Source of the DNA: a virus | Taxonomy: Duplodnaviria; Caudoviricetes | Virus record (IMG/VR): IMGVR_UViG_3300020042_005688 | Coordinates: 1-25,634 of that record | Length of the DNA stretch: 25,634 bases | Direction: 5' to 3' (one strand) | Shown: piece after piece, positions 15,721 through 25,345 of the stretch | Numbering within the stretch: position 1 is the stretch's first letter | Layout: every line of letters begins with the position of its first letter | Made by a program: the position numbers and the translations under genes | Notes under the pieces: generated by a model | What the model saw: only the letters and a program-made list of their open reading frames with translations | What the model was told of the DNA's origin: nothing | Databases searched by the model: none

Positions 15721-16119
15721 ATGAGCTTTGAATTCAACCGAAACATTCAAGACAAGAATTACACCTCCACTGTGGCTATCGCGCAGGCTGGTGCAAACAC
15801 CGCAGCATTTGACCTTGAGCAAGCAGTTGGTGGCGACATCGAGCGAGTAGTTTTCTCGCTTGCTGCACCGACCGCTGCTGGCATCTCCGACACAAAAGTC
15901 GTGACCTACGCACTGCAAGACAGCGCCGATGGCACTACGTTTGCTGCCGTTGATCCAGCAATCAGCACGACTCAGACCGCTACTGCCTCCGGCATCGTTG
16001 CCAAAGAGGTTCGCTTCCGCGTTCCAGCTAACACCCGTCGCTATGTGCGCATCGCTCAGACGATGACCGCCTCGGCTGGAACTGTTACTGGCAGCATGGT
16101 CGCCAAGCTTTTGTTCTAA
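15721..16119 (+). CDS. Capsid cement/decoration protein (Bbp16-like)
   Basis: Beta-rich 132 aa with LQDSADGTTF and RRYVRI, directly after the MCP. Confidence 0.7.
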   Translation: MSFEFNRNIQDKNYTSTVAIAQAGANTAAFDLEQAVGGDIERVVFSLAAPTAAGISDTKVVTYALQDSADGTTFAAVDPAISTTQTATASGIVAKEVRFRVPANTRRYVRIAQTMTASAGTVTGSMVAKLLF

Positions 16120-16140
16120 TCCGTTGGAACTTGTGTGCAA

Positions 16141-16175
16141 AGGGCGACGGAGTTGGTAGTTTCCTCCGTCGCCCT
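16141..16175 (+). terminator. Perfect 12-bp hairpin after the capsid genes (terminator or stabiliser)
   Basis: AGGGCGACGGAG-N11-CTCCGTCGCCCT; only a weak U-tract. Confidence 0.6.
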
Positions 16176-16198
16176 AAATTCTTGAAACTCATAACACC

Positions 16199-16651
16199 AT
16201 GGCTTGGATCGCGCTTACATACTCTGGACTACGTGACAGACTCTCAACCGAGGAGTTCAATCGCTTGCTTGCCGAATGTCCAACACCCGAGGACAAAGCG
16301 CAGGAGATTCTGACTAGCGTTGCGCAAGACTTTGCCTCACGCGTCAACTCAGGTCGTCGCAAGCGTGGATTGCCACCAGTGGTCAATACTGGCTTGTATG
16401 TGGCACCGGGCGCACGCAGGCACGCATACAATCTATCACGCCAAGAGCTGACAGATTCCTATCCATCGCTCGCAGAATTTAACGGCGACGATCGGCGCAA
16501 AGCAGTCGAGGAAGCTAACAGTTATCTCGATGACCTTGCCAATAACAACGCGGATTCCGATGACACCGGAGCCGAATCATTCGCTGCTACTAGCGGCAGT
16601 TCTTTTCGCTATGGCGGCGCTGCTGTCATGAACTTCTCAGAATCACCATGA
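16199..16651 (+). CDS. Head-tail adaptor (Mu gp36-like)
   Basis: Helical 150 aa with RRKAVEEANSYLDDLA; position after the capsid genes. Confidence 0.6.
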   Translation: MAWIALTYSGLRDRLSTEEFNRLLAECPTPEDKAQEILTSVAQDFASRVNSGRRKRGLPPVVNTGLYVAPGARRHAYNLSRQELTDSYPSLAEFNGDDRRKAVEEANSYLDDLANNNADSDDTGAESFAATSGSSFRYGGAAVMNFSESP

Positions 16652-17133
16652 GCCTCATTCGCCAAATAGTCGAAAGCATGGCAAAGACGCTGAAAGATCA
16701 TGCGTATTTCCGCACCGTGCCGATTATTCCCGTTCTAGTTCAGGACCACAAAGACATCGACCGCGAAATCGAGAACGCAATGAACAAGGCAGGCGCTTTC
16801 GTCATGGTCAACTTCTCACAGAGCGAAGCGTCATCGTCGGACACACCCGGACCATACATGGACTCTGCGACGTTCTCTGTGACATGCTCGGAGATTCCAA
16901 GCGTCTGGAGACAGCAGGCTGGTAACATGTCAAAGCCAAGCGCAACAGAGATCGGCGAGGCAGTGGCTCGCATTCTACACCATCACAAACCACTTGACGC
17001 TAGCGGTGATTCACTCACCGGCGGCGTTCTCACTTTCGATTCCATGCAGGAGGATGCAACACCTCCAATGCTTCAACAAATCATCACTTTCAACTGCCCA
17101 GTGGGGCTACAAAATACAACTCCAACACGATAA
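16648..17133 (+). CDS. Tail completion/terminator-like protein
   Basis: Size, alpha/beta pattern and position between adaptor and tail tube. Confidence 0.5.
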   Translation: MSLIRQIVESMAKTLKDHAYFRTVPIIPVLVQDHKDIDREIENAMNKAGAFVMVNFSQSEASSSDTPGPYMDSATFSVTCSEIPSVWRQQAGNMSKPSATEIGEAVARILHHHKPLDASGDSLTGGVLTFDSMQEDATPPMLQQIITFNCPVGLQNTTPTR

Positions 17134-17136
17134 ATT

Positions 17137-18051
17137 ATGCCAACATTTGATAGAACCACCATCGTTCGCGGTCCTTGCAAAATCACCTATGATTCGCAGA
17201 CATTCTACTCCAAATCAGGAGTAGTGCTGACCACGACTAACTCGACATTCGACAAAGAAACCGATGCTTACGGAGTCGTGAGCAAGTCAAAAACCGACTT
17301 CACCATCGTTGTTGAATTTGAGCCAGTAGGCGAGATCGAGGCGCTCGCAGTTCTTTTCCCGCACGGCAACACCGCAATGGGAGCCAGCATTTACGGCTCG
17401 ACCGACAAGAACCTTGTAATCGTCTCGGCTGACAAAACCTACACGATTCTCAATGCGCAGATCACACAGATGCCGACCATCTCATGCAGCGCGACAAAGA
17501 CCGCATTCGGCTCGGTGCAGTTCACTGGCTTGCTCAAGATCGGTGGCGATCCCGAAAACATCGAGGACTACTACACAACCGCCGGAGGTGCGAGCATCGG
17601 AACATCATTCAGCCCTCAGTTGATTGTTACAGCACCTTACAAAGCAACACTAGGAGCGATGACACCGTTCTTCAGTCAAGACGGATTCGAGATCAGCTTC
17701 GACTTGTCACTCAATCCAGTCATGGTTGACGGCGTTGGAACCGTTGACATGAGCATGGGCAATCTCGGCTGCAACATCACTTGCATTCCGACTGGACCAA
17801 CGCAAACGGACTTCGAAACATTCTTCGACAACCTTAGCGCAGGCGAGGACTTGGCAACAAGCACGCTCGACATCTCGACGTTGACAGTTGGCGGTCTCAA
17901 CTTCGATTGCGCAGCGGTTCAAGTCACCGAGCTTCAACGTAACTTCTCAGCAGCTGATAGTGTTCTCGGCACGCTCACCATGAGCGCCAAGCGGACATTC
18001 AGCGCAGGCGCACCAGTCACTCTATTCCAAATCGCAGCAGTACCCGCATAA
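17137..18051 (+). CDS. Major tail tube protein (putative)
   Basis: 304 aa, acidic and beta-rich, IVRGPCKITY start; synteny. Confidence 0.6.
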   Translation: MPTFDRTTIVRGPCKITYDSQTFYSKSGVVLTTTNSTFDKETDAYGVVSKSKTDFTIVVEFEPVGEIEALAVLFPHGNTAMGASIYGSTDKNLVIVSADKTYTILNAQITQMPTISCSATKTAFGSVQFTGLLKIGGDPENIEDYYTTAGGASIGTSFSPQLIVTAPYKATLGAMTPFFSQDGFEISFDLSLNPVMVDGVGTVDMSMGNLGCNITCIPTGPTQTDFETFFDNLSAGEDLATSTLDISTLTVGGLNFDCAAVQVTELQRNFSAADSVLGTLTMSAKRTFSAGAPVTLFQIAAVPA

Positions 18052-18054
18052 ACG

Positions 18055-18798
18055 ATGTTCGTAAGACTCCAGCGCGGCGCGATTGCTTACGACCTCGCCG
18101 GTGGCGACGGTCAAAGAAGCGAAACGTCCAACTTTCAAATATCGGCTGAGCCGAACTTTCAGCAGGTGCAATACATCGAGGCTGACCAGTTCGATCAGTT
18201 CTTCCGTGGTGGATCCAGCACGACTGTCAGCTTTGACAGCGTGCTGACATTCGCATCACTCACCGACGCCGAGAACTACTTGCTCAACATGCCTCAAGGC
18301 TTGCTCTCACAGGCGACACAGACGGCTACGATTGGCAGGCTGACAGCGGCAGGCACAGTGCAATCCGAGACGCTAACTTGCGTCGGCACAACGACGGGAG
18401 CTGGCAATATCAACTGGTCATTCACAAGCGCGGACGTGACAGCGAGCGGGACTACCGCAGTGCTATCGGGCGACACGCCGACACAATACGCGGCGAAGAT
18501 CGCGACATCGTTGAATGCAAATTCAAGCATCGCTTTTCGCTATGTCATCACCAGTTCAGGTGCGACCGTCATCATCACGAAGCGCCAAGCAGAAGCCAAT
18601 GACGGCACGCTTGCGCTTGTCACGACCAATGGCTCGCCATCGCCGGTCATCACAGGAGCGACGAGCGCAAACACAACGGCTGGAGTAGCACCGACAATCT
18701 CCAACTCAAAAACGCTCTCCAGCGTCTCATGCGTGGTCAATCTTGCGCAAAACGGAGTTTCGATCTTGCAAAACGTAACAATCCTCGGTAAATACTAA
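18055..18798 (+). CDS. Tail protein with inserted Thr-rich beta domain
   Basis: 247 aa; central GDTPTQYAAKIATSLNA...SSGATVIIT segment. Confidence 0.55.
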   Translation: MFVRLQRGAIAYDLAGGDGQRSETSNFQISAEPNFQQVQYIEADQFDQFFRGGSSTTVSFDSVLTFASLTDAENYLLNMPQGLLSQATQTATIGRLTAAGTVQSETLTCVGTTTGAGNINWSFTSADVTASGTTAVLSGDTPTQYAAKIATSLNANSSIAFRYVITSSGATVIITKRQAEANDGTLALVTTNGSPSPVITGATSANTTAGVAPTISNSKTLSSVSCVVNLAQNGVSILQNVTILGKY

Positions 18799-18801
18799 GC
18801 C

Positions 18802-20232
18802 ATGGCAGCGAAGAACGTAGACATCAAGATCAACACGACTGCGAGTGGGACAGGCGCGAAGCAGACGGCGGCTGACATGGACAAGTTAGCTGCGTCATCG
18901 ACAAAGGCAGCGGCAGCGACAAACACTGTCACGACTTCGACAAGCAAGCTTGGCGCACGCGCTGGGGCTATTGGATTGCAGATGCAAGACGTCGCGGTTC
19001 AAGCGCAGATGGGAACGAGCGCAGTCACAATCTTGGCGCAGCAAGGCACGCAGATTGCCAGCATCTTCGGACCACAAGGCGCTATTGTCGGCGCTTTGAT
19101 CGGTGTCGGTGCAGTTGCGGCAAAAGTGTTCTACGACATGGCTGTCGCTGCCGCAGTGACAGGCGAAGCGATGGAGGACGTCGGCGAAACAATCAAGGAG
19201 GCTTTCTCGCAGAATACGACAAGGGAAATCGAAGATTTTAACAAATCTCTGAGTTCACAATCACAATTTGCTGAAACACTACGCCAAGCAGAATACAGCT
19301 TGTATGAAGCTCGTAACTTGAGAGCTGAGGCAGATGCGAGGCTAATCGGATTACAGTTGAAGCTCGACGAAGCATCGATCAATTACCTTTCGTCCACAGG
19401 TCAAATCGTTGACAAAGAGAAGGCATTGCTCGCAGTCAGAACGCAGGCAGCAGAAGCAGAGAAAAAGGCTTCTATTGAGGCAGAGCTAGCACGGGTCGAA
19501 AACGCTCGCAAGAAATACAACTTTTTCGTTGCACAAACTGATAGCGTACTAGCAGATCAAGCCAAAGCCGAAAAACGACTAGCGGAACTTGAAGCACGCC
19601 AAGCTCAACTTTCGTCCGATGTCACATTTCGCAGGGGACAAGATCAAGCGGCAATCAAAGCAGGAGCGCAAAAAGAGGATTATGTAAATCCACAAACTAC
19701 TCTCATCGAGGAGCAGTTGAACGCTGTTACGAAGCAGATTCAGGACGTTAACAACACGCTAAGAAAGATTCCTGATCGGATCAATGAAATTTCACAAGGT
19801 TCGATTGCAGTTGCGACCGAGGTTGACTTGGCAATTCAAGAATCTCAGACGAAAATCAATGAGATCAATCAGAAGTTCAACCTAACGGCAAAAGCGCAGG
19901 CGCTCGGTGCAGCGACAGAAAGCATCACCAAGGGCGCTGCTGAGATTTTCAAAAGAGTCGATGAGATCGAAGCGATCACCCCCCTTGAACAGCAAGCAAA
20001 GGAAGCAATCAAGCAAGCTACCGGCGATTTAAAAATCACAGCAACAGAACAATCAGCTATTTCTGCCAATCTAAAAATTCTCACAGGCTCTCTCAAAACA
20101 GGGCAAGAAGAAAATCTAAAAACGCTTCGTGATCTTTTAACGATCAATGATACGATTGGAACCAAGATGCAACAAATGTCGAATGAGATTTCAGGATTAA
20201 AGCAAAAAATCAATAACATCACAGTGCGATAA
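18802..20232 (+). CDS. Tape measure protein (short)
   Basis: Lambda-like N-terminal motif QMQDVAVQAQMGTS...QQGTQIASIFGP followed by long coiled coils. Confidence 0.85.
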   Translation: MAAKNVDIKINTTASGTGAKQTAADMDKLAASSTKAAAATNTVTTSTSKLGARAGAIGLQMQDVAVQAQMGTSAVTILAQQGTQIASIFGPQGAIVGALIGVGAVAAKVFYDMAVAAAVTGEAMEDVGETIKEAFSQNTTREIEDFNKSLSSQSQFAETLRQAEYSLYEARNLRAEADARLIGLQLKLDEASINYLSSTGQIVDKEKALLAVRTQAAEAEKKASIEAELARVENARKKYNFFVAQTDSVLADQAKAEKRLAELEARQAQLSSDVTFRRGQDQAAIKAGAQKEDYVNPQTTLIEEQLNAVTKQIQDVNNTLRKIPDRINEISQGSIAVATEVDLAIQESQTKINEINQKFNLTAKAQALGAATESITKGAAEIFKRVDEIEAITPLEQQAKEAIKQATGDLKITATEQSAISANLKILTGSLKTGQEENLKTLRDLLTINDTIGTKMQQMSNEISGLKQKINNITVR

Positions 20233-22208
20233 TGCCAGTCTGGACCATAACAGGAGAAGCAGCAAAAGCTTGGGACACAACTTCCAAGACGCTGGCAGAG
20301 CGTGCAGTAGAAAACGCATCGCTCACGTTCCGCAGCGTCGGCACGGATGAATTGGTGCTGAATATCTCACCAGAAAACATTGTCAGCTACACTATTCCGA
20401 CATACGCACAGAGAGTCGATCTTTTCCGCAACGGCTCGCGGTTCTTCACGGGTTACGTCACCAATGTCCGAACGACATCAAACAACTCGATCACAGTCAC
20501 GATCAGTAATGCGTGGTGGTACATGGAACGCATCAATTACGTGACGAGCCAGACCGATGGCGCCGGTGCAAGTGCAAATCGGATCACGGGAGTTTTCGGC
20601 AATGCGACCAGCGGAACGAATCTCACCACTGCGATTCAGACAGCGATTGATACGAGCGTTTCACTTGGCGTGCCGATGGCAAACATCGCAGGCGGCAGCA
20701 CCGTTGGAACGTATTTCGACATTCCACGCGTCACGCTCAATCAGTCAACGTGCGCACAGGTCATCAGCGAGCTTGTGAGGCTTGTTCCTGACACCATGAC
20801 CTATTTCGACTATACGAACTCAACTCCAACATTCAACGTCGTCAGGAGGGCAGCAGCGACGACGCGCACGCTAACGATCGGCACATCACCCGTTGAGGAT
20901 TTCGACGTCAACCCGATGATCGAACTCCAAGTTTCGCAGGTGGTTCTACCATACGTCACCCGTGACACAAACGGATTGACGAGCTATCAGACACAGCAAT
21001 CAGGCACGGCGGCAACTGGCAAGATTCAGGTGCTGACAATCAGCGGACCGGAGCTTGATACCTTCCTGCCTAGCGAATACTTCGACTCTGCCACGCTCAC
21101 TGGTTTTCCGCTCGCTACGCAGTTCGAGGACTATGTTTTATCGTCATCGCAATTCGCTGGAGCGGTGGCAAACGGGCTTCGATTTACTAACATCAACATT
21201 CAGCAAGGGCAACGACAATACAGCGGCTACAATTCAAGCAAAAGTCCTACGACTGGTTCATTCAGTGGAACTCGATCGGTCCAGTACACGCAGCCAGCGG
21301 CAGCGATCACCGATGACACGGGACAGCCTGCTAGTCTTGGATCACAGCTCATTCTCTCCGACAACTTGCCAGAATGGGCGATCACGGCTCACGATTTGAA
21401 GCCTATCGTCATCTCTGGTCAATGGATTTACGAATGGAAAGATCAAGTGTTTGATTTCGGAGTAGGGTATGAGTCGAATGTAGGATTACCATCATGGATC
21501 GCGTCACTGTCAGGAGCGCAGAAAGACTCATTTTGGGATGGCGATTTTCACTACATTCTTATCGGAGGGGAATACACCGTGCAAGGCTACACGACCAGCA
21601 GCTCGACGCTGCCGCACATGTATGGCACCACACGCACTGGCACTGGTTCAGGCGTCTTGATTCTCGCAACGACCGCAAGCTCGATTGATGGCTTTTACAC
21701 AGGCATGAGAATCGCCTACATGCAGAAGCCCGGAACAGGTGGACCAGACGGGGTGAATGATGTTTGGTATATCGCCACGATCACGGGCTACAACGGCACG
21801 ACAAAGGCGGCGACATACACGACTGCAACTGGACCAGCAACAAGAACAGGATTCCCGTATCGAATCCTCGGCACGAAAGTGTTTGCTCCGGCAGACTACT
21901 CTTTCATTTCTCCGCCAGCGAACCTCGCATCGAACTTGCTCACCACCATGAACTTCATTCCCTATGAAGGCACGGTTCGAATCACCGAGGAGACGGCAGG
22001 CGGCACACGATACCGTGGGTGCAAGGTCAATCTTGCAAGCACTCGATCCGAGCTTGCCAGCATGGGCGCGATGGTCGCAGAGGAAACGCTCGACCTCAAG
22101 AACGGCACCACTGATCTAACGCTTGGCACTCCACCGAGGCTCGACTATCGCAGCTTCACCGACAAAATCCGCAGAACGTCACAAGACAATATCGTTTTCA
22201 ATCCATGA
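20232..22208 (+). CDS. Tail tip/hub protein
   Basis: 658 aa after the TMP; FTGYV hub-like start, TTDLTLGTPP end, inserted ASSIDGFYTG...ITGYNGTTK domain. Confidence 0.6.
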   Translation: MPVWTITGEAAKAWDTTSKTLAERAVENASLTFRSVGTDELVLNISPENIVSYTIPTYAQRVDLFRNGSRFFTGYVTNVRTTSNNSITVTISNAWWYMERINYVTSQTDGAGASANRITGVFGNATSGTNLTTAIQTAIDTSVSLGVPMANIAGGSTVGTYFDIPRVTLNQSTCAQVISELVRLVPDTMTYFDYTNSTPTFNVVRRAAATTRTLTIGTSPVEDFDVNPMIELQVSQVVLPYVTRDTNGLTSYQTQQSGTAATGKIQVLTISGPELDTFLPSEYFDSATLTGFPLATQFEDYVLSSSQFAGAVANGLRFTNINIQQGQRQYSGYNSSKSPTTGSFSGTRSVQYTQPAAAITDDTGQPASLGSQLILSDNLPEWAITAHDLKPIVISGQWIYEWKDQVFDFGVGYESNVGLPSWIASLSGAQKDSFWDGDFHYILIGGEYTVQGYTTSSSTLPHMYGTTRTGTGSGVLILATTASSIDGFYTGMRIAYMQKPGTGGPDGVNDVWYIATITGYNGTTKAATYTTATGPATRTGFPYRILGTKVFAPADYSFISPPANLASNLLTTMNFIPYEGTVRITEETAGGTRYRGCKVNLASTRSELASMGAMVAEETLDLKNGTTDLTLGTPPRLDYRSFTDKIRRTSQDNIVFNP

Positions 22209-23143
22209 CACAATTTCTTTGCACAGTTGATTCTAACGGCAACATTCTTTGCAATGGCGGCTATGTCGTGGATCTCAAGGCGGCAACTAGCGCACACTAC
22301 ATCGTGGGTGGCACTCCGACGTCATTACTGACCGCAACGGAGAACATTCGTGAAAGCACTACCGCGCAGGCAATCTTTCTTGGGGGCGGTGGGGGCAGCG
22401 TCAAATCGTCTGGCACGATCACCGCTACGCTGTCACCCGTCGGCTGGTTCGGACAAACGGACACCGACGAATGGACCGACTCAGTGGGAAACAAAGTCGT
22501 TGCAGACTTCGGCGCAGGCACAGCGGAAATCGTTGACCCGTCAAATACGGCAATCGCTACATTCACAGGCTCGTTCACGTTCGCGCCAGTCGGCACATTT
22601 ACAGCTACAACGTTCGGAGAGGACACATACAACGGCGGCACGGCTTTCACCCTCAACATCAGCTACGATGGCGTCAGACGCACCAGCACGGCAAATGTGC
22701 TAGTATCCAGAGGCACGGCGACCGATGGCGAATATACTCTCAATGGCTTCCGCGAATGGTCAAAGACAACATGGCTTCTAACAACGAACTCAGACGGCAC
22801 CGCGCAGATCAATGACGGCACCGATGACGTTGCAACGCGATCCGCAGACTACTCGCCCGATTCACCAAGTGGGACATACACCTCGACTGCTTACGGCGAT
22901 ACAACATACGGAGACGCTCAGCCATTCAACATGGCGGTCACGCTCTCACCGGCATTCCCGAAACTTGGATACGTCTATGTCGAAATTACGAAGTCAGGAA
23001 GCAATTTCACAAGCGTAGCAGGTCCGTTCTTCTCAACTTCACTTCCTGCCAATGCGTCACACCTTGAATACGTGCCGATTGCATACAGCGACGGCAGCGG
23101 CTTACTAATCCAGATCCACGAAGGCTCAATCTTATGGCGATGA
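22205..23143 (+). CDS. Tail-associated protein with internal duplication
   Basis: T/G/S-rich; two similar ~93-aa units. Confidence 0.6.
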   Translation: MTQFLCTVDSNGNILCNGGYVVDLKAATSAHYIVGGTPTSLLTATENIRESTTAQAIFLGGGGGSVKSSGTITATLSPVGWFGQTDTDEWTDSVGNKVVADFGAGTAEIVDPSNTAIATFTGSFTFAPVGTFTATTFGEDTYNGGTAFTLNISYDGVRRTSTANVLVSRGTATDGEYTLNGFREWSKTTWLLTTNSDGTAQINDGTDDVATRSADYSPDSPSGTYTSTAYGDTTYGDAQPFNMAVTLSPAFPKLGYVYVEITKSGSNFTSVAGPFFSTSLPANASHLEYVPIAYSDGSGLLIQIHEGSILWR

Positions 23144-23841
23144 TCCCAGCTTGCATTTTCACCTACTCAGCAGATTCGCTTCCTCTCCGCGAGTGCGTGC
23201 GAGGGGCGAAAATTGCAGGACTTCTGCCAGTCGTGATTGACGACGCAAAGCACCCGATGGGACATGCTGTATGGTCATGGGTAGAATCGCAGGGCGGCTT
23301 GTATTTCCAGAGTGACTTTAACCGCCGCGGCAATCTCAACGGCACAGAATGCGCGGCAGGCATCGCAAAGAGCTTGTATGAGGCAATGAGACTCACACAC
23401 ACGGCGCAGGCATTTAAGCTCGATAGCGACACGATCATTCAACGCGTTGACAGATTCCAAGGCATCAGCACGGGCGTATGCTCAACGACGATGAACCGAC
23501 GCGAAGCTTTCGGGTGTTGCTATTCTCTGACGCGCGACGCAGCTCGCCGGGTGCGTGACGATCTAGCGGCAATGGATGATCCACACGGACCAGAGGACGT
23601 TCTTATCTGGCAATCAATCAAACGTTTGAACATCAGACACAAGCTTCACGACTTCAATCCGAGCGGTGGCGCCTTCTCCGCAGTGCCGAAAACATTCGAT
23701 CCCGTGGACTGCGCTAGGTTCGACGTGCTTACCTTTGGCAATCCACCAGCAGACGGCTGGAAAGATCGGGCGCTTGAAATCACTCTTGCAATGCGACGTT
23801 TGAACGACTTCAATTTTACGCTTGCAAATTCTCAGAAATAA
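23134..23841 (+). CDS. GT-A fold glycosyltransferase (GT31/Fringe-like motifs)
   Basis: VVIDD, FKLDSDTII (DxD), GCCYSL, PEDVLI. Confidence 0.65.
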   Translation: MAMIPACIFTYSADSLPLRECVRGAKIAGLLPVVIDDAKHPMGHAVWSWVESQGGLYFQSDFNRRGNLNGTECAAGIAKSLYEAMRLTHTAQAFKLDSDTIIQRVDRFQGISTGVCSTTMNRREAFGCCYSLTRDAARRVRDDLAAMDDPHGPEDVLIWQSIKRLNIRHKLHDFNPSGGAFSAVPKTFDPVDCARFDVLTFGNPPADGWKDRALEITLAMRRLNDFNFTLANSQK

Positions 23842-23849
23842 AATATAAC
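23822..23849 (+). promoter_or_regulatory. Putative promoter for the fibre module
   Basis: TTGCAA-N16-TATAAC, 11 nt before ATG 23861. Confidence 0.45.
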
Positions 23850-23860
23850 ACGCGAAAGTC

Positions 23861-24178
23861 ATGTTGCCAATATACGAAGTTTATAAAGGAGAGAACATCT
23901 CTATGAGTTTCACAGCGACGCTCGATGGCGCTCCATACAACTTGACGGGAAAAACCGTGCAGGGCGTTATGCGGTCATCGATCAATGGTGAAGTGATTCT
24001 CAACCTTTCACCGACAATCCCGACACCGGCAAACGGAGTGATTCTCATCAATGTTTCAACATCTGCAATACCGGCAGGAATTTACGGTGCCGACGTGCAA
24101 ATCTCGACTAGCACAGTTCCGCAAGTTATCCACCAGTGGACGCAAAAAATCAGACCAAAATACACCCCTAATTTATGA
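23861..24178 (+). CDS. BppU-N-like Ig/beta-sandwich adaptor
   Basis: KGEN..SFT...GAPYNLTGKTV...NGVI...PAGIYGADVQI. Confidence 0.6.
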   Translation: MLPIYEVYKGENISMSFTATLDGAPYNLTGKTVQGVMRSSINGEVILNLSPTIPTPANGVILINVSTSAIPAGIYGADVQISTSTVPQVIHQWTQKIRPKYTPNL

Positions 24179-25338
24179 GCTTTAACAAAGTAGAAGTCCG
24201 CGTGTTCAGCGGTCCAGACGTGGTGCAGGTGGGTAGCAATACCGAGCCTGATCTCATCGTAATCAACAATGGACCGAAAGGCGATACCGGCGCGGCAGCA
24301 ACAATTGCAGTTGGAACAACGACAACGCTCGCACCCGGTTCATCGGCAACGGTCGCAAATGCTGGCACATCAAGCGCGGCGGTGTTTAATTTTGGCATAC
24401 CTACGGGCGCGACAGGAGCAACAGGAGCAACAGGAGCAACTGGTCCGAACAGCGTAACAAGCGCAACGACATCGGACGGCACGGCATCTTTAAGTGTCGC
24501 ATACGTTCAGGTTTACCCAAGTGGATCAATCACTTTGGCAAGTACTAACTCAGGCGGCTTTGTGCAGCTCAGCGGTCAAGCGGCTACCGATGCGAGAATG
24601 ATAGCATTCCCGAACGCAAGCGGGACGTTGGCTCTCACATCGCAGCTTCCAACGCTCGGCACAAACGTAGCAACATTTCTGGAAACGCCAAGCAGCGCGA
24701 ATCTTGCAGCAGCAGTCACAGGCGAGACTGGAACAGGCGCATTGGTTTTTGCTACATCGCCGACAATCGACGCACCAACGATCAGCGGCAGCGCGGCATT
24801 TACATCAACGACTCGCCCGACATCGGCAGGCACTGGAACTCCAGCAGCTACGAGCTTGATAACAACTGCGGATGGAGACAGCCGATACGGAGGTCCTATT
24901 TATGATTTAGATGGATCTGGGTCAAACTCTGAAACAACAGCTACTACTCCAATTAAGACTGTTATTTTGCCAGTCGGAACGTATTTAATCGAATTTGGCA
25001 GATTGACTGCAAGCCACACAGATGCAACGTCGAGAACTGTGTCCTGCACTATTAACTTTTCTGGAGGGACTGCGACAATTCAAGATCGCTATGTAGGCTT
25101 TCAGGGTAATCAAGCATCGCCGGGTGCTGGCGTAAATTTTGCAGGATCAGGAACAAGCATGGTAAACTCTGGAAGCATTGGTAATGCTTCGCCGAATTTT
25201 GGATCAGGTTCGTTTCCTTTTGGTGGACGGATTGTCGTGACAGTCCAAACGACTTTGCGAATTTTTGGTACATGCAGCGTGACTCCGACCAATCCGATAT
25301 CTTACGAGACATCGGGCATTTTGCGAAAAATCATTTAA
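24175..25338 (+). CDS. Tail fibre/receptor-binding protein with collagen-like segments
   Basis: GPKGDTG and (GAT)4GP (ACAGGAGCA x3 at 24412-24438); TPSSANLAAAVTGETGTGALVFATSPT fibre motif. Confidence 0.75.
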   Translation: MSFNKVEVRVFSGPDVVQVGSNTEPDLIVINNGPKGDTGAAATIAVGTTTTLAPGSSATVANAGTSSAAVFNFGIPTGATGATGATGATGPNSVTSATTSDGTASLSVAYVQVYPSGSITLASTNSGGFVQLSGQAATDARMIAFPNASGTLALTSQLPTLGTNVATFLETPSSANLAAAVTGETGTGALVFATSPTIDAPTISGSAAFTSTTRPTSAGTGTPAATSLITTADGDSRYGGPIYDLDGSGSNSETTATTPIKTVILPVGTYLIEFGRLTASHTDATSRTVSCTINFSGGTATIQDRYVGFQGNQASPGAGVNFAGSGTSMVNSGSIGNASPNFGSGSFPFGGRIVVTVQTTLRIFGTCSVTPTNPISYETSGILRKII

Positions 25339-25345
25339 AAACATT

